Below, in pieces: positions 1-13,752 of a stretch of DNA of 64,000 bases. Under the pieces are notes generated by a model. It was given only the letters and a program-made list of their open reading frames with translations. It was not told the origin of the DNA and did not search any database. This DNA comes from Eledone cirrhosa (Eukaryota): NCBI GenBank assembly GCA_964016885.1, contig OZ024748.1, positions 25,110,001-25,174,000 of the forward strand, read 5' to 3'. Made by a program: the position numbers and the translations under genes. Positions within the stretch are counted from its first letter, which is position 1. Each line of letters opens with the position of its first letter.

Positions 1-92
1 CTTCTTCTTTTTTGTGGGGGGAGGGGTGTTATCAAAATCTATTAACATTGTCCCTGTCCCCTAAAATGTTATTTTATTACATTTAATTGGTC

Positions 93-236
93 TTACTTTT
101 GTTTTATCTTCTTTATCTTCATTAGTTTGTAAGGTACTCCAATTGCTGTGATTTTACTACCGTCTGACAACCGATACCACCCCTCTTGTGTATTGATGTA
201 GGTTGGAGTCAATACAACTGACACAAGAATTCGAAC
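93..236 (-). CDS. Last coding exon of secreted CpcT/CpeT-like protein (VRILVSVVLTPTYINTQEGWYRLSDGSKITAIGVPYKLMKIKKIKQK*)
   Basis: Polypyrimidine acceptor tttattttccag|GTTCGA at 237/236. Phase 0 matches the donor at 28605. The peptide resembles the C-terminal strands of CpcT/CpeT (..DRG....WG...PFEF.R vs ..EGW....PYKLMK). Confidence 0.8.
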   Translation of the reverse strand, partial: VRILVSVVLTPTYINTQEGWYRLSDGSKITAIGVPYKLMKIKKIKQK

Positions 237-1717
237 CTGGAAAATAAACAAAAGTAACAAAATAAACAAAAACAGAAAAAATAAAATAATAAAATTCAAA
301 AGAAAAAATGAATAAAGTTTCTTTTAAAGGGGATATTTGACAATATTACAATATTAACAATTGTTAGAAAATGTAGAAATTTCAGACGCAGAAAATAACT
401 GTAAACACAATCGATTGTTATAAATAATAGCTTAGAAAATTCCGGAATTTGAGAAGTACGAAGTTCCATTCTTTGTAGTGGCTCCTGGCCCCTTTTTCTG
501 TCTTTAAGATTTTTTTACCCGATTTTCTAAGCTATTCTTGATAGAAATCGACTGTATTTACTTTCTGTGTTTGAGATTTATAGTTTTTTTTTTTAATTTC
601 AATCAACTCCGAGTTTTACTTTTGAAATATTCAAAATGTTTTGTTTTGTTTTTTTAATTTTTGATTTTTAAGAAATGCTGCAAACCAACACTCATATAGG
701 ATTATTGAATTATTCCCCCCTCCGAAATTATTCCCACGAGGGCGCAACTCTAGCCAAGAGTGTAGAGTTTCACTTCCAATCAGTCTTCCCCTTTTCGATT
801 ATAAAACTTTTATCGGCCCCTTTTCTCTTTATCTCTCATCCATTATATTATTTTTATCCTTTTTAAAAAATATTAATACTTGTTCAAAATAAATAAATAA
901 TATATTTTGAGAATTAATATATTAAGAGATATTTTAGGAATGTTAAAATGAAAAAAATTTGCTAAAAAGTTAAGTCATGAAAATATTGTTGTTAACTCTT
1001 AACATCCTGTAATGATTCAGCAGAAAATATCTCAAAACGGATTTATTAATTCAAATGTTTATTGTATTTTTACTAAATTTGCAATATTAGAGTAAAGACT
1101 TAAATTTTTAATGATATGCAGCCACAGTGCTGTTTTTTTTAACCTTTCAAAGACGTTTTGCTAATGCAGTTTCATGTGATACAGGATGTTAGGATTTAAA
1201 GAATAAATCTGAGCGAAATCAAATTCTAAATCAGGTTGGAGTGTTTCCTCTTCAATCAAAACTATCTAGCTGTCAAGCCACTTATATCTATATATAATTT
1301 ATAGGTGAAATTCTAACTCACTAACCTAAATAATCGTTTCGTTATGAGGTAACTACTGCAGATACACTGAATTCAGAAATTATTTAACAGATTATCGAAG
1401 TTTTATATAGTTTCGTACAAGCTGACCATTATTATCAACAAGAAAAAGCCACAGATAAATAATAGATTGGAAATGCACATAGCAAATTGGCTACTATAAC
1501 GGCTCCACGCATGCGTATTTCAGTCACGTAAGGCAGAAGGAAATAACACATAAATCTTTTCTTTTTTGTTTTGAACCGCTTCCGTTTCACATTTGAAAAG
1601 AGGGTATAACCCTGAAATATTATGTTGAAATATACTGGGTAAAACATTACTTTGTTTTATTTGTCATCCTTCACCCTTTATATATTTGCCTACCACATTA
1701 TACCGGCTTTTTAAAAT

Positions 1718-2447
1718 TTATCAGTCATTTATTATATATCTCATAATACTTCATATTTACTATACAACTTATCAGTCATTTATTATATATCTCATAATAC
1801 TTCATATTTACTATACTACTTATCAGTCATTTATTATATATCTCATAATACTTCATATTTACTATACTACTTATCAGTCATTTATTATATATCTCATAAT
1901 ACTTCATATTTACTATACTACTTATCAGTCATTTATTATATATCTCATAATACTTCATATTTACTATACTACTTATCAGTCATTTATTATATATCTCATA
2001 ATACTTCATATTTACTATACTACTTATCAGTCATTTATTATATATCTCATAATACTTCATATTTACTATACTACTTATCAGTCATTTATTATATATCTCA
2101 CAATACTTCATATTTACTATACTACTTATCAGTCATTTATTATATATCTCATAATACTTCATATTTACTATACTACTTATCAGTCATTTATTATATATCT
2201 CATAATACTTCATATTTACTATACTACTTATCAGTCATTTATTATATATCTCATAATACTTCATATTTACTATACTACTTATCAGTCATTTATTATATAT
2301 CTCATAATACTTCATATTTACTATACTACTTATCAGTCATTTATTATATATCTCATAATACTTCATATTTACTATACTACTTATCAGTCATTTATTATAT
2401 ATCTCATAATACTTCATATTTACTATACTACTTATCAGTCATTTATT
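1718..2447. repeat. 51-bp minisatellite, ~14 near-identical copies
   Basis: Unit ttatcagtcatttattatatatctcataatacttcatatttactatactac; explains the 17-aa periodic ORF 1686..2456. Confidence 0.95.
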
Positions 2448-2484
2448 GCAAATTAGAATAACTTAACCAGAAGAAACACTCTAT

Positions 2485-3656
2485 GTCAGACATCTGTAGT
2501 ATAGAAGCTACCAGACTATGATCTGTAATATACTGTTATAGAAACTACCAAACTATAGTCACAGACATCTATTGTATAGTGTTGTTATAGAAGCTACCAT
2601 ACTACAGATACAGACATCTGTAATATAGTAGTGTTATAGAAACTACCATGCAATAGTTACATACATTTGTAATATACTGTTATAGAAGCTACTACACTAT
2701 AGTGACAGACATCTGTAGTATACAGTTGTTATAGAAGCTACTATACTATAGTCACTATGATCTGTAATATACTGTTATAGAAGCTACTACACTATAGTGA
2801 CAGACATATGTAGTATACAGTTGTTATAGAAGTTACTATGCTATAGTCACTATAATCTGTAATATACTGTTATAGAAGCTACTACACTATAGTGACAGAC
2901 ATATGTAGTATACAGTTGTTATAGAAGCTACTATGCTATAGTCACTATGATCTGTAATATACTGTTATAGAAGCTACTACACTATAGTCACAGACATCTG
3001 TAGTATACAGTTGTTATAGAAGCTACTATACTATAGTCACTATGATCTGTAATATACTGTTATAGAAGCTACTACACTATAGTGACAGACATCTGTAGTA
3101 TACAATTGTTATTGAAGCTACTATACTATAGTCACTATGATCTGTAATATACTGTTATAGAAGCTACTACACTATAGTGACAGACATCTGTAGTATACAA
3201 TTGTTATAGAAGCTACTATGCTATAGTCACTATGATCTGTAATATACTGTTATAGAAACTACCATACTATAGTGACAGACATCTGTAGTATACAATTGTT
3301 ATAGAAGCTACTATGCTATAGTCACTATGATCTGTAATATACTGTTATAGAAGCTACTACACTATAGTGACAGACATATGTAGTATACAATAGAAGCTAC
3401 TATGCTATAGTCACTATGATCTGTAATATACTGTTATAGAAACTACTACACTATAGTGACAGACATATGTAGTATACAGTTGTTATAGAAGCTACTATAC
3501 TATAGTGACAGACATCTGTAGTTTACAGTTGTTATAGAAGCTACTACACTATAGTGACAGACATCTGTAGTTTACAGTTGTTATAGAAGCTACTATGCTA
3601 TAGTCACTATAATCTGTAATATACTGTTATAGAAGCTACCATACTATAGTCACTAT
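2485..3656. repeat. Minisatellite of alternating ~46/49-bp units (~95-bp dimer)
   Basis: Repeated tatagaagctactacactatagtgacagacatctgtagtatacagttgt / tatagaagctactatactatagtcactatgatctgtaatatactgt. Confidence 0.9.
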
Positions 3657-3878
3657 GTTGTGTCATAACAACACATTAACAATGACAGTGGTGTCTATAT
3701 ATTGTTTATTCTATGAAGCAGCAAGTTAGTAGTAGCTTCAGATCTTAATCTTGTGTTAACGTTTCTTCTTTTGCTTCAAAAACAATGTTTCGACAGCTTC
3801 TGCTTGGTTTTGGGGGGATTTATGTTTTTATTTGTCGTTTTTCATAAAACTCAAGATGAAATGTTATTATTTTTCTTC

Positions 3879-4054
3879 TGTGGATTGGCAGTATCGGTAG
3901 AGGGTCGCACGCATAGAGTTACGGCCCTTGCCATTCTGAGTTCAAATCCCGCCGAGGTTAACTTTGCCTTTCATCCTTACGGGGTCGATAAAATAAAATA
4001 CCAGTAATGTACTGAGTAATTGCTGGCCTTGTGCCAAAAGTAGAAACAATTATT
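3879..4054 (+). mobile_element. tRNA-derived SINE family 1 (octopus-type)
   Basis: A-box-like tggattggcagtatcggtagag, B-box gagttcaaatccc, body gccgaggttaactttgcctttcatccttacggggtcgataaaataaa, tail ggccttgtgccaaaagtagaaacaatt; many dispersed copies in the window. Confidence 0.85.
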
Positions 4055-4194
4055 TTTCTTCTGTTAAATGTGGAAATGTATATTCTGGTTATCTACGTAG
4101 GAAAATAGAAAGGGAATATGATAGCTGAATGATTTGGCAGTTAATATTTAGAACAGGAAACAAACTGTCACTGCGCCATTCCAGAAGGCCAGGT

Positions 4195-4720
4195 ATATCT
4201 ATTATCACCATTATCACCATCATCATCACCATCCTTCTCCTTCTCCTCCTCCACCCCATCATCAACATCATCATCACCATCCTTCTCTCTGCTCCTCCTC
4301 CCCATCATCAACATCATCATCAACATCACCATCCTTCTCCTCCTCCCCATCATCAACATCATCATCAACATCATCACCATCATCATCAACATCACCATCC
4401 TTCTCCTCCTCCCCATCATCAACATCATCATCCTTCTCCTCCTCATCATCATCATCGTGATCAACCCCACCATCAACATCATCAACATCATCAACATCAT
4501 CAACATCATCATCATCATCAACCTTTTACATCTATTTTCCATGCTAGCATGGGTTTGACAGGTTGTCACCTTCTGAGACTATGACTAATCAGATGACCAC
4601 GTCTTGCTCATACGTACCGTTTTTGACTTGGCTTCTACAGCTGGATGCCCTCCCTAACGCCAACCACTTGACATCGTGTACTGAGTGTGTGGGTGTGTTT
4701 TATTGTGACACCGCCACTAA
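4195..4720 (-). mobile_element. (CAT)n-tailed retroposon 3' end (RTE-like/SINE)
   Basis: (CAT/CAC)n tract followed by ttccatgctagcatgggtttgacagg...ggatgccctccctaacgccaaccac; related copy at ~57320-57500. Confidence 0.55.
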
Positions 4721-5045
4721 CACATGACAGGATGGACTGGATGTCTTTTGTATTATAGCACCAGCACCACCACTGTATAGTGTGGGCTATGTACACATTT
4801 GTGTGTACATGTATGCCTAAGGGAGAGGGCGAACACACAGAGAGATACATATATAGTTCAAGGAGACAATAAACAGAGGTACAAAAATTCTTATTAGTTT
4901 CACGCTTTATATTGGAAAGAGGAAAGAAAGTTCGACATTTCGGGCTTAAGCCCTTCCTTTATCAGGAGTACAAATAGAGACAGGATCACAATGGAGAAAC
5001 AGAATGAATGTCATATTATGTATATATATATATATATATATATGT

Positions 5046-5080
5046 ATGTACGTTCTCCCCCGCCGCCCCCCTCTCTCTCG

Positions 5081-5122
<42 letters not shown>

Positions 5123-5154
5123 CGAGAGAGAGGGGGGCGGGGGAGAACGTACAT
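5046..5154. repeat. Inverted repeat centred on (TA)n
   Basis: atgtacgttctcccccgccgcccccctctctctcgc-(TA)n-gcgagagagaggggggcgggggagaacgtacat. Confidence 0.9.
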
Positions 5155-5300
5155 TGAGTAAAACAAGTGAGTAGTGGCTTTTTTTCAATGTTGGAAATAT
5201 CACAAAATATGAAGATATAATCTCCATCATTAGCGGCAAAGAATTTAACTAAGGTTTACTTACATACACATACATGCACATACGTATGTATATATGTATG

Positions 5301-5361
<61 letters not shown>

Positions 5362-6807
5362 GTAACGTAACTATCTTGAAGTGTTTCCAGATTTCGAAAA
5401 TGTTAGCGCGTATTCATTCATACAGTTGTTTTTATTACATGGGATATATTTACCTACCGTGACGATAACACCTGGAAGAAGACATCAAACATGAGATATC
5501 ACATATCAAAGAAGACAACTAAATCAGATACAATCGGGTATATTCGGTTATAATCGGTTATAATCGGTTATAATGACTACTTTTTCTGATTTAGATGCAA
5601 ACATTACTACTCACTTCCAACAAAATGTCCGACCACAACACTTTTTGTCTCACATCTGTTTTAACCCTTTCATTAACATTGTTTTAATGAAATACACTGC
5701 CTATGTGTTTCAGTTAATTTTGAAATTAACCAAACCTTTGGAAGAATTATGAAAAATAATTAAGTTTTTCATTAGTAAACTGATATTTAGAACATTACTA
5801 AAGTGAAATAAAAGTATGATGAAATACTAAGGATAAATATTTTAAAATAACCAGTTTCGTATCATAAAGCCAAGGTCGGTTTCAAACGGTTTGTTATCAA
5901 AATGGTTAAAAAAAACCTACAACGTAGTATACTTTTCAGCTTCTTGTCTTTTCAATATGTTTACCCCTTTAATCCTAAGAAATATACCTCTCACAATGTA
6001 TTGATCAACTCATTGCATTGAACACAAATTTAATCATAAGCTAAACAAGCTACAACTTAGGTAGTCACAATCTTAGGTTCTCTATCTTACATTCTTTCAT
6101 CTTAGGCCCTCGCAATCCACACAAAGCAATTAAACAAAGGACCTCTAAACTTTCTATGACTCAGAGTCACACAAAGTCTTATTCCGACACAGCTCCCATA
6201 GTTAAGAAAGTTGATAACATTGTCACGCAATTTCCTCGATGAGATAAATCCGTTTCTCTGTAAACCTTGTTCGGGAGCAGTCAATGTGAACCCTGAATAA
6301 TTTTAATATTTGATCTAAACAATAGCTTAGAAAATCAGGAAAAATACTCCGATTGACAGAATTCCTGCAATTTCTAAGAATTTCAAATTTAACCAAATGC
6401 TTCGATTTATCATATTTACAATGTTGTCTATATCTGTGTTTTATATCGGAAACCGATGTAAACACCAACCTCGATTTTATACTACAAGACTCTGTAAACG
6501 TTTGAAAACGTTATAAAAATGTATAAAAATGTTTTACATATAAAGTATCACGAAAATAACTATGGTTACAGACCTCTGCTCAACAGAATCTAATCAACTT
6601 CCTTAATATCTCCGTCTTTTATTGTTCTTATTTCTACAAATATCATATATTTATGAATTCTTTATAAATAACAATAGCCTACTTGCCAAACTATTTTCCA
6701 GACGATATTTTCCCTGATGTAATATAGTCATTCCATAAATGTAATGTTTTCCTTCTCTTCCAGGTATCGTAGCTGATAACTTATCTAATGGTAGATTTCA
6801 CTGATAA

Positions 6808-6811
<4 letters not shown>

Positions 6812-6876
<65 letters not shown>

Positions 6877-6911
6877 ATGCTTTTTTATTACTATTGTTGT
6901 CTTGCTGTCTT

Positions 6912-6980
<69 letters not shown>

Positions 6981-7481
6981 TTGTGTGTGTGTGTGTGTTT
7001 GTGTATATATGTATGTATGCATATATGTATGTGTGTGTGTGTATGCATGTATGTATGTGTGTGTGTGTATGTATGCATGCATATATGTATGTGTGTGTGT
7101 ATGTATGTATGTATGTATGCATGTATGTATGTGTGTGTGTATGCATGTATGTATGTGTGTGTGTATGTATGCATGCATATATGTATGTGTGTGTGTGTGC
7201 GTGTATGTATGTATGCATGTATGTGTGTGTGTATGTATGTATGTATGTGTGTGTATGTATGCATGCATGTATGAATGTGTGTGTATGTGTGTATGTATGT
7301 ATGTATGTGTGTGTGTATGTATGTGTGTGTGTATGTGTGTATGTATGTATGTATGCATGTGTGTGTGTATGTATGTGTGTGTATGTATGTTTGTATGTGT
7401 GTGTATGTATGTATGTATGTGTGCGTGTGTATGTATGTATGTGTGTGTATGTATGTATGTATGTATGTATGTATGTATGTA
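6812..7481. repeat. Compound (TA)n/(TG)n/(TATG)n microsatellite
   Basis: Directly visible. Confidence 0.95.
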
Positions 7482-8472
7482 CAGACAATGGCACAACTCA
7501 GATAGTTTTTGTTTGAATTTTCCATATCAGGAACATCAATTAACTTTATTCAATAGTCTTTATTTGCCAATTTTTGATAACAATATCAGACATTTCGTCT
7601 TTTGATAACAATATCAGATATATCGTCTTTTGATAACAATATATCTATATATACAAAGTAGAGTCGAAATCAGTGTTGCAGTATATGTACACACTTTATT
7701 GGCATATTATAATTGTTTCGCCATCGATCAGCTCTGAGTACTATCAAACTGACGGAGCTCGACACATCGAAACTGCACATATAAACTCGCATATCTGACG
7801 AGAAGTCGAAAAAGAGTCGGACCCCATCATTTTGATCATACCGTGAGCTGATCGATATTGAAATAATTGTAATATGCCAATAAAGTTTGTACATAGGCTC
7901 CAACACTGACTTCGATTTTACTTAATCTATTTACACTCTACACACTACAGTCACCTTAACTCGGGAATACAACCTACACGAAACGGACCTCGTAACAGTA
8001 TTGAGTTCTTCGAACGGCGCGCCGCCTGTAACCTTAGTTACACACCTAACATGTGTCTGTGTGTGAGACAGGTTTTCGCACACTTTCTGCCTACTAAATT
8101 TCATTCACAACACGATTGATTATCCCTGAGGCTTCAGTAAAAACAAAACACTTCCTCAAGATGTCACATTGTGTAACCACGCCATTGTGAAGCGAACGTC
8201 TTAACCATAGAATTGTGTTTTCTATGACTGGATAACATTCCTAATGCCAACCACTTTACTCACAATCACCAGATTCAGTAGGGTTTAGTTAGAAGTCAGA
8301 ACCACTTTGAAGATGTTCAAAAATATGTTTAATACGAGATTTAGTAACTGGAATCTGAAGCCGAAGAGAGGTTGCGGTAATGACATCTTTAGAGAAGTCA
8401 AGTGTTTCAAGTAGAAGATATGAAAAAGAAGAAAAAATGTGGACTGTAGTTCATTTCCTCTACCAACTGCAG

Positions 8473-8640
8473 ACGGTGAATTGGCGGAGTTGCTAGAGCT
8501 TTTGACAGAAATACCTTGGTTCCGGCTATTTACCTTCCGGTGTTCAAATCACACCGTGGTCAACTTTGTCTTTCGTCCTTCCGGGGTAGATAAAATAAAG
8601 TACCAGTCAAGTACCGGTGTCGATTTAATCGACTTTTCTG
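8473..8640 (+). mobile_element. SINE family 1, diverged copy
   Basis: ggtgaattggcggagttgctagag...gttcaaatc...caactttgtctttcgtccttccggggtagataaaataaagtaccagt. Confidence 0.75.
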
Positions 8641-9637
8641 TCGCCTTATCATTACTTTGAATTTATGGAAATTATTACATTAAAAACAAATTATTTGCTT
8701 TAAAAAAGATCTCCGGAAGTTGAAATGAAAAGGACGGTTTCTGAGAAATACAGAGGTTACAAGAACAGCTAAATCAAACTTTTTATGCGACTGTTCCACT
8801 CATTAACAGAGAAACTGGATATCAGTTCGGAAAAGACATTAAGGGAATAGAAAAAACTCAAAGATCCAAAATAGAGTAACAAATTAGATAACAGAGAAAG
8901 GGATCAAAAAATCGCTCTATTTTCTGTGAAAGACGTGAAGACAAAATAAAATTAAAATAAAACTGAAGCTACATATTTACTAAATACAATGTTCGGTAGA
9001 GGAGTTTAAAAAGAAGAGGATACAAAAACAGGTCTTATGTCTAAAACCCCTATTAACATGAGGCTATTCACAGGCGGGCATAAAATAAAATATAAAATTA
9101 ACAGAATACTGGGAAATACATAGACAAGTTTGAGGTAGATTTATAGGAGGATTAAAAAGAAACATAACATAACATGGGATCACCCTTCAAGGAACAATAT
9201 ACAGTATAAAAATAACAGTGAGCAAAATTGAGAAGACATTGTAAGAGAATCACCGAAGCAGTAAGAACTGGAGTCAGCTAGGCAAAAGAAAGTTATCGTT
9301 GTTAAGAGAAACGTATCGTTTCAGTATGTAACCATATGGACAATAAATAGATATGGAATTCTATAATTAGAGAACTAGACACAATAACTGATTGGCTGAG
9401 TGAATTTAGCCAACCGTAAATGCCAAATCTTAGAATTACAGACCTCACAAAGACACACCTATACATTGGAATATATGTGCAAAACATAATAGATTAACAT
9501 CAGACAAGAATATTATATTTATAACAGAATAACAAAATGCCAAGAATAAAGTAATGGAGATATATTATTAATGGAAAAGTCAGGAGAAGGGCAGGAAACA
9601 TAAATTACCCCCCTTTTCACGACCTGAGAGACTAGTA

Positions 9638-9907
9638 CATTAGTTCTTAACCTGGGATGCGAGATTTAGCGGGTTCGAAGAGAGTTCCAGAAAACAACTT
9701 TTTCTTACGTTTTGATTGGTTTTCTGTTATTTTCAAAATTTGTATTTATTAATCATAGTAGTTAATCAATTAAATAGTAGCAGCTAAGTAGCTGTTAATT
9801 TGACCTGAAAATTCAAATTATTTTGTCTTATGCGTTAGGCCTAAGGGTGCGGGTGAAATTTCAAAATCTCAAGGGATGCCACGATAGAAAAAGGTTAAGA
9901 ACCACTG
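9638..9907. mobile_element. hAT (Charlie-like) MITE
   Basis: TIRs cattagttcttaacct / aggttaagaaccactg; 8-bp TSD gactagta / aactagta (7/8 match, central TA). Confidence 0.75.
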
Positions 9908-12844
9908 AACTAGTAGGAAGAAAAGAGGATGAAGTTATTCCCCCTTTTTTATGGAGGTGTCCTCAAACTGGAGAACAATGCTTCTATGTATGGACTCGAA
10001 ATTTCTGATGGTAGTGTAGGGACGCTTAATGACATACGGTGTGTCTTGGGCATTTTAAAACCTGGCGGAACTCATCCCTCTCTACTGGGGACTATGCTTA
10101 CAACAAAATGAACTCCACTAAATGTACCAATGAATCAGGTTAGGATCGTAAATAAGGCAACGGATTAAGAACAGGAACTCTCTCTCTCTCCGATGGACTT
10201 CTTCAGAAGTCTGTCTACCAAATTTCTCTCACAAGATTTTGGTAGATCTGGTGTTATGAAATATGGAGTCGAACCACGTACTTGTTAAGCGAACTTTTTA
10301 TAGTCATGTTTTTATAGTCATAATTTTTACAGTCATGTCTGCGCCTACATCAATATTTCATCTGTACCAGTAGTATGTTGTTGTCGTTGATGATGATGAT
10401 GATGATAATGATGATGATGATGATGAAGGTGATGATGGTGGTGATGATGATGTTATGCGTGTAGGTTTAACCGGCCATCTGTAAGGTTGTATCACATAGG
10501 AAGCCTCTTGGTTGATTTTATTATAAGGGCCCCAGCCCCGTTCATATCACTTATTTTCCCGTTGACCGTAGATGAGATTTGAAATCAAAGCAAACAGATC
10601 TGGAAGAAATACCTATGTTTTAATCATTTTACCAATCTGCTTCGCTAGACTCGTATTTTATTTATCGATCCCGAAAAGATGGAAGACAAAGTTGAGCTCA
10701 GCGTTTGTTTTGTTTTGTTTTGTTTTGTTTTATTTTATTTTATTTTATTTGTTATTGTTGTTTTGACAAAAGTTCTCAGACAACATGCATGTCTAATACA
10801 AATGTTATTGGCATACAATAAAGTGTTAGATGCAGTGAAAATATTTATTGCTAGTGTTATCATTGTTAATGTTACCACCCATGCAGTTTTGTATTTGTGT
10901 CATTCCATTGGTGATGCTGTGACATGTGGTACATTTCCTATACGAACAGTGACGTTGTTATATAGACTACATTCAAAACACCGTCTTCTCTTCGCGGTAA
11001 GAATATTCACCCGATCTGAACAGTTACCGGCATAAAGGTGACTCACGCGGTACTGCACACTTATTTGGATGGGGCAACTGTTACACATACATTCTAGACA
11101 GCATCCAAAAGCAAAATAAAAGGGCCATCATAATGATAAGTAAACTCCTAGCATACTACCACACTGTATTTTCCATCTGTTTCTTTCCCTGTTAATACAG
11201 TTGTTATTACTTCGAAGGAGCATTTTATGACCCTTCCCACTTAATTCTATCAAATCGATCTTCATCTCTTCCACCCATCCCCTACTCCCACCCATCACCT
11301 ACCCCCACCCATCCCCTATCCCCATCCACCACCTACTCCCACCCATCACCTATCCACCCCACCCACCCCCTTCCCCCACCCCCACATACCCAACAACTTC
11401 GAGTTTTCAGTCGTTGACTATTTTTTCCTTATATTTGTTTCGTTGGTGTTGCTTTTTGTTTTGTTTTTTGTTTTCACAATTTTCTAAGCTGGAGAACTTA
11501 TACTTACACAATTACATAAATACATTGGATAACTTATACTTACACAATTACATAAATACATTGGATAACTTAACATAACTGCAATATTCAAATCTTAATA
11601 TTCTGATATATTACCTTGAACAAGGAAAAGGGTGCGAAAACCCGGAGAAACAATACGTAGAAATCCCATGAATAATTTTCTTTTTGTTATTAGCATTATT
11701 TACTATCTCTAAAAATACAACTTACCTAAGCCTTTTAAAATTTGTCTTTTTATTTATCATATTTAGCTTAAACAGAAACTCTTTTCCTGGAGTTTTAACT
11801 TAAGACTGTTTCACAATGTTAAGCAATGTAATATAAGGGAACTGATGGTTTCTTTTCATTTGGTACTAGGGAAATGTTTGTAAGAAAATAGTATACTGAA
11901 TTCAGATTACCTCAGCATATTACTTCTATATTTAATCGCCCTCGGATTCTCAGTACAGTTAGCAGTGAAACTAAATAATCTAAAACATTTCTTAATACGT
12001 TCTACTGTGACATCGTAATCTTTGCCACCGTCTGAAATGTGATGTTGTGAGTTCATTCAAGCCTTTCTCTGAAGTATTAAGAAGATACAGAAATGTGATA
12101 TAGTTCAGCTAAGAATGGAACCCGGATCATAAGACGTAAACCAGCAGAGGTTATTTCCCTCTTCTACGACAGTGATGACCTAAATAAAGGAATTCATACA
12201 TCCAAGAAGTGAAACATACTCTGGACCCTGTTGTTTTGTTACTACGCCATCCGAATTCTCTTTTCGTCGTAACCTTCAAAAAATATCAATTATAAATTTC
12301 ATGAGAAAGTCGTAACCTACTAAACTATTACTATTTCCAAATTGCTGCTAATTTGAGGTCATACTGACTGACCCTGAAGTCGTGAAATGATAGTTTTCTT
12401 TTATAAACTATCTCCTAATTAAAGAAAAAGATTCTTTAATTTTCATCTGATTTCCTAATCTTCTGTTTTTTTTTTATTCTTCTTCTACTGAAGAAAAAAA
12501 AAAAGAAAAAGATCGCCTAGATCCCTGACCTCATTCGCTTCCGAGTGGGGTGGGTCTTGTCAAATCGGACCATGGAGACAATGTTTCCATTGGTCTTTCC
12601 ATTGCTGATACTATCTACCAGTCACAACTTTTGGCAGAAGGAACAACGTGAAATAAAATTGTCTATGTTAATTTATTGACTGTAATGATATAGTTGTAGA
12701 AGGTTTTAAATAGAGCCTTTAAAATATATGTTAAAGAATACTTTATTAAATGACAAACTATATTTGATTTAAACTGATATCTACCGATATTCAATTGGTT
12801 ATGATGATGATGATGATAATGATGATAATAATAATAATAATAAT

Positions 12845-13034
12845 AATAATTGTTTCTACTTTTGGCACAAGGCCAGCAATTACCCCAGTGTATTACTGGT
12901 ACTTTATTTTATCGACCCCGTAAGGATGAAAGGCAAAGTTAACCTCGGCGGGATTTGAACTCAGAATGGAAAGGGCCGTAACTCTTTGCGTCAAAGCATG
13001 GCGTCCGACCCTCTACCGATACTGCCAATCCACA
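12845..13034 (-). mobile_element. SINE family 1
   Basis: Reverse complement of the 3879-4054 element, ending in an (AAT)n tract. Confidence 0.85.
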
Positions 13035-13044
13035 ATAATAATAA

Positions 13045-13235
13045 TGATTTCTACTATAGGCACAAAGCCAGAAATTTTGGAGGAGGAGAAAGTCGATTTA
13101 ATCGATCCCAGTACGTTACTGGTGCTTTATTTTATCGACCCCGTAAGGATGAAAGGCAAAGCTAACTTCGGTGGGATTTGAACTCAGAACGTAAAGGGCC
13201 ATAACTCTCTTCCGCGAAGCAGGGTGTCCGGCGCT
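13045..13235 (-). mobile_element. SINE family 1, adjacent second copy
   Basis: atcgaccccgtaaggatgaaaggcaaagctaacttcggtgggatttgaactcagaac. Confidence 0.8.
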
Positions 13236-13270
<35 letters not shown>

Positions 13271-13272
<2 letters not shown>

Positions 13273-13680
13273 ATAGGAACACAATAGACCTGACCTGGTG
13301 GTTTTGGACAAGGAAAAAAGATCGTGCCTGATTGTGGATGTGGCCTGCCCATTCGACACGAGAGTGCAAGAGAAGGAGAGGGAGAAAATTAACCGATACC
13401 AGGACTTAAAGTAGGAGGTAAAAAGGATTTGGAACTGCCATGAAGTCAAAGTGGTCCTGATTGTCATAGACGCACTAGGTACTATCTCAAAAAGTTTCCA
13501 GGGATGGTTAAAGAAAATTGGCCCCGCCACGCTTTTTGGAACGCTTCAAAAGGCATGCTTGCTGGGAACAGCAAGAACCCTCCGATACGTCCTGAATATC
13601 TGAGGCTGCAGGTAGCGGCTTGATATTCATTTCAACAAACTTTCCAGTTAAATAACATCAATGACTGAGACTCAAAGAAC

Positions 13681-13750
<70 letters not shown>
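13271..13750 (+). mobile_element. Dong/R4-clade LINE 3' fragment (restriction-like endonuclease) in (TAA)n
   Basis: Translates EHNRPDLVVLDKEKRSCLIVDVACPFDTRVQEKEREKINRYQDLK*EVKRIW...ALGTISK...LQKACLLGTARTLRYVLNI* (RPD...D RLE motif, stop at 13601-13603); (AAT)n on both sides. Confidence 0.85.

Positions 13751-13752
<2 letters not shown>

Noticed and set aside
1686-2456. 256-aa ORF with 17-aa periodicity
   Set aside because: Translation of a 51-bp minisatellite; TTG start, no splice or codon evidence.
4129-4584. His/Pro-rich protein with apparent signal peptide
   Set aside because: Derived from the (CAT)n tail of a retroposon; continues into repeat sequence.
6788-7605. Cys/His-rich ORFs (also near 18.4k, 22.7k, 35k, 44k, 62k, 63.7k)
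   Set aside because: Translations of (TG)n/(TA)n/(TATG)n microsatellites.
8690-9600. A-rich segment as LINE ORF remnant
   Set aside because: No recognisable protein motif.
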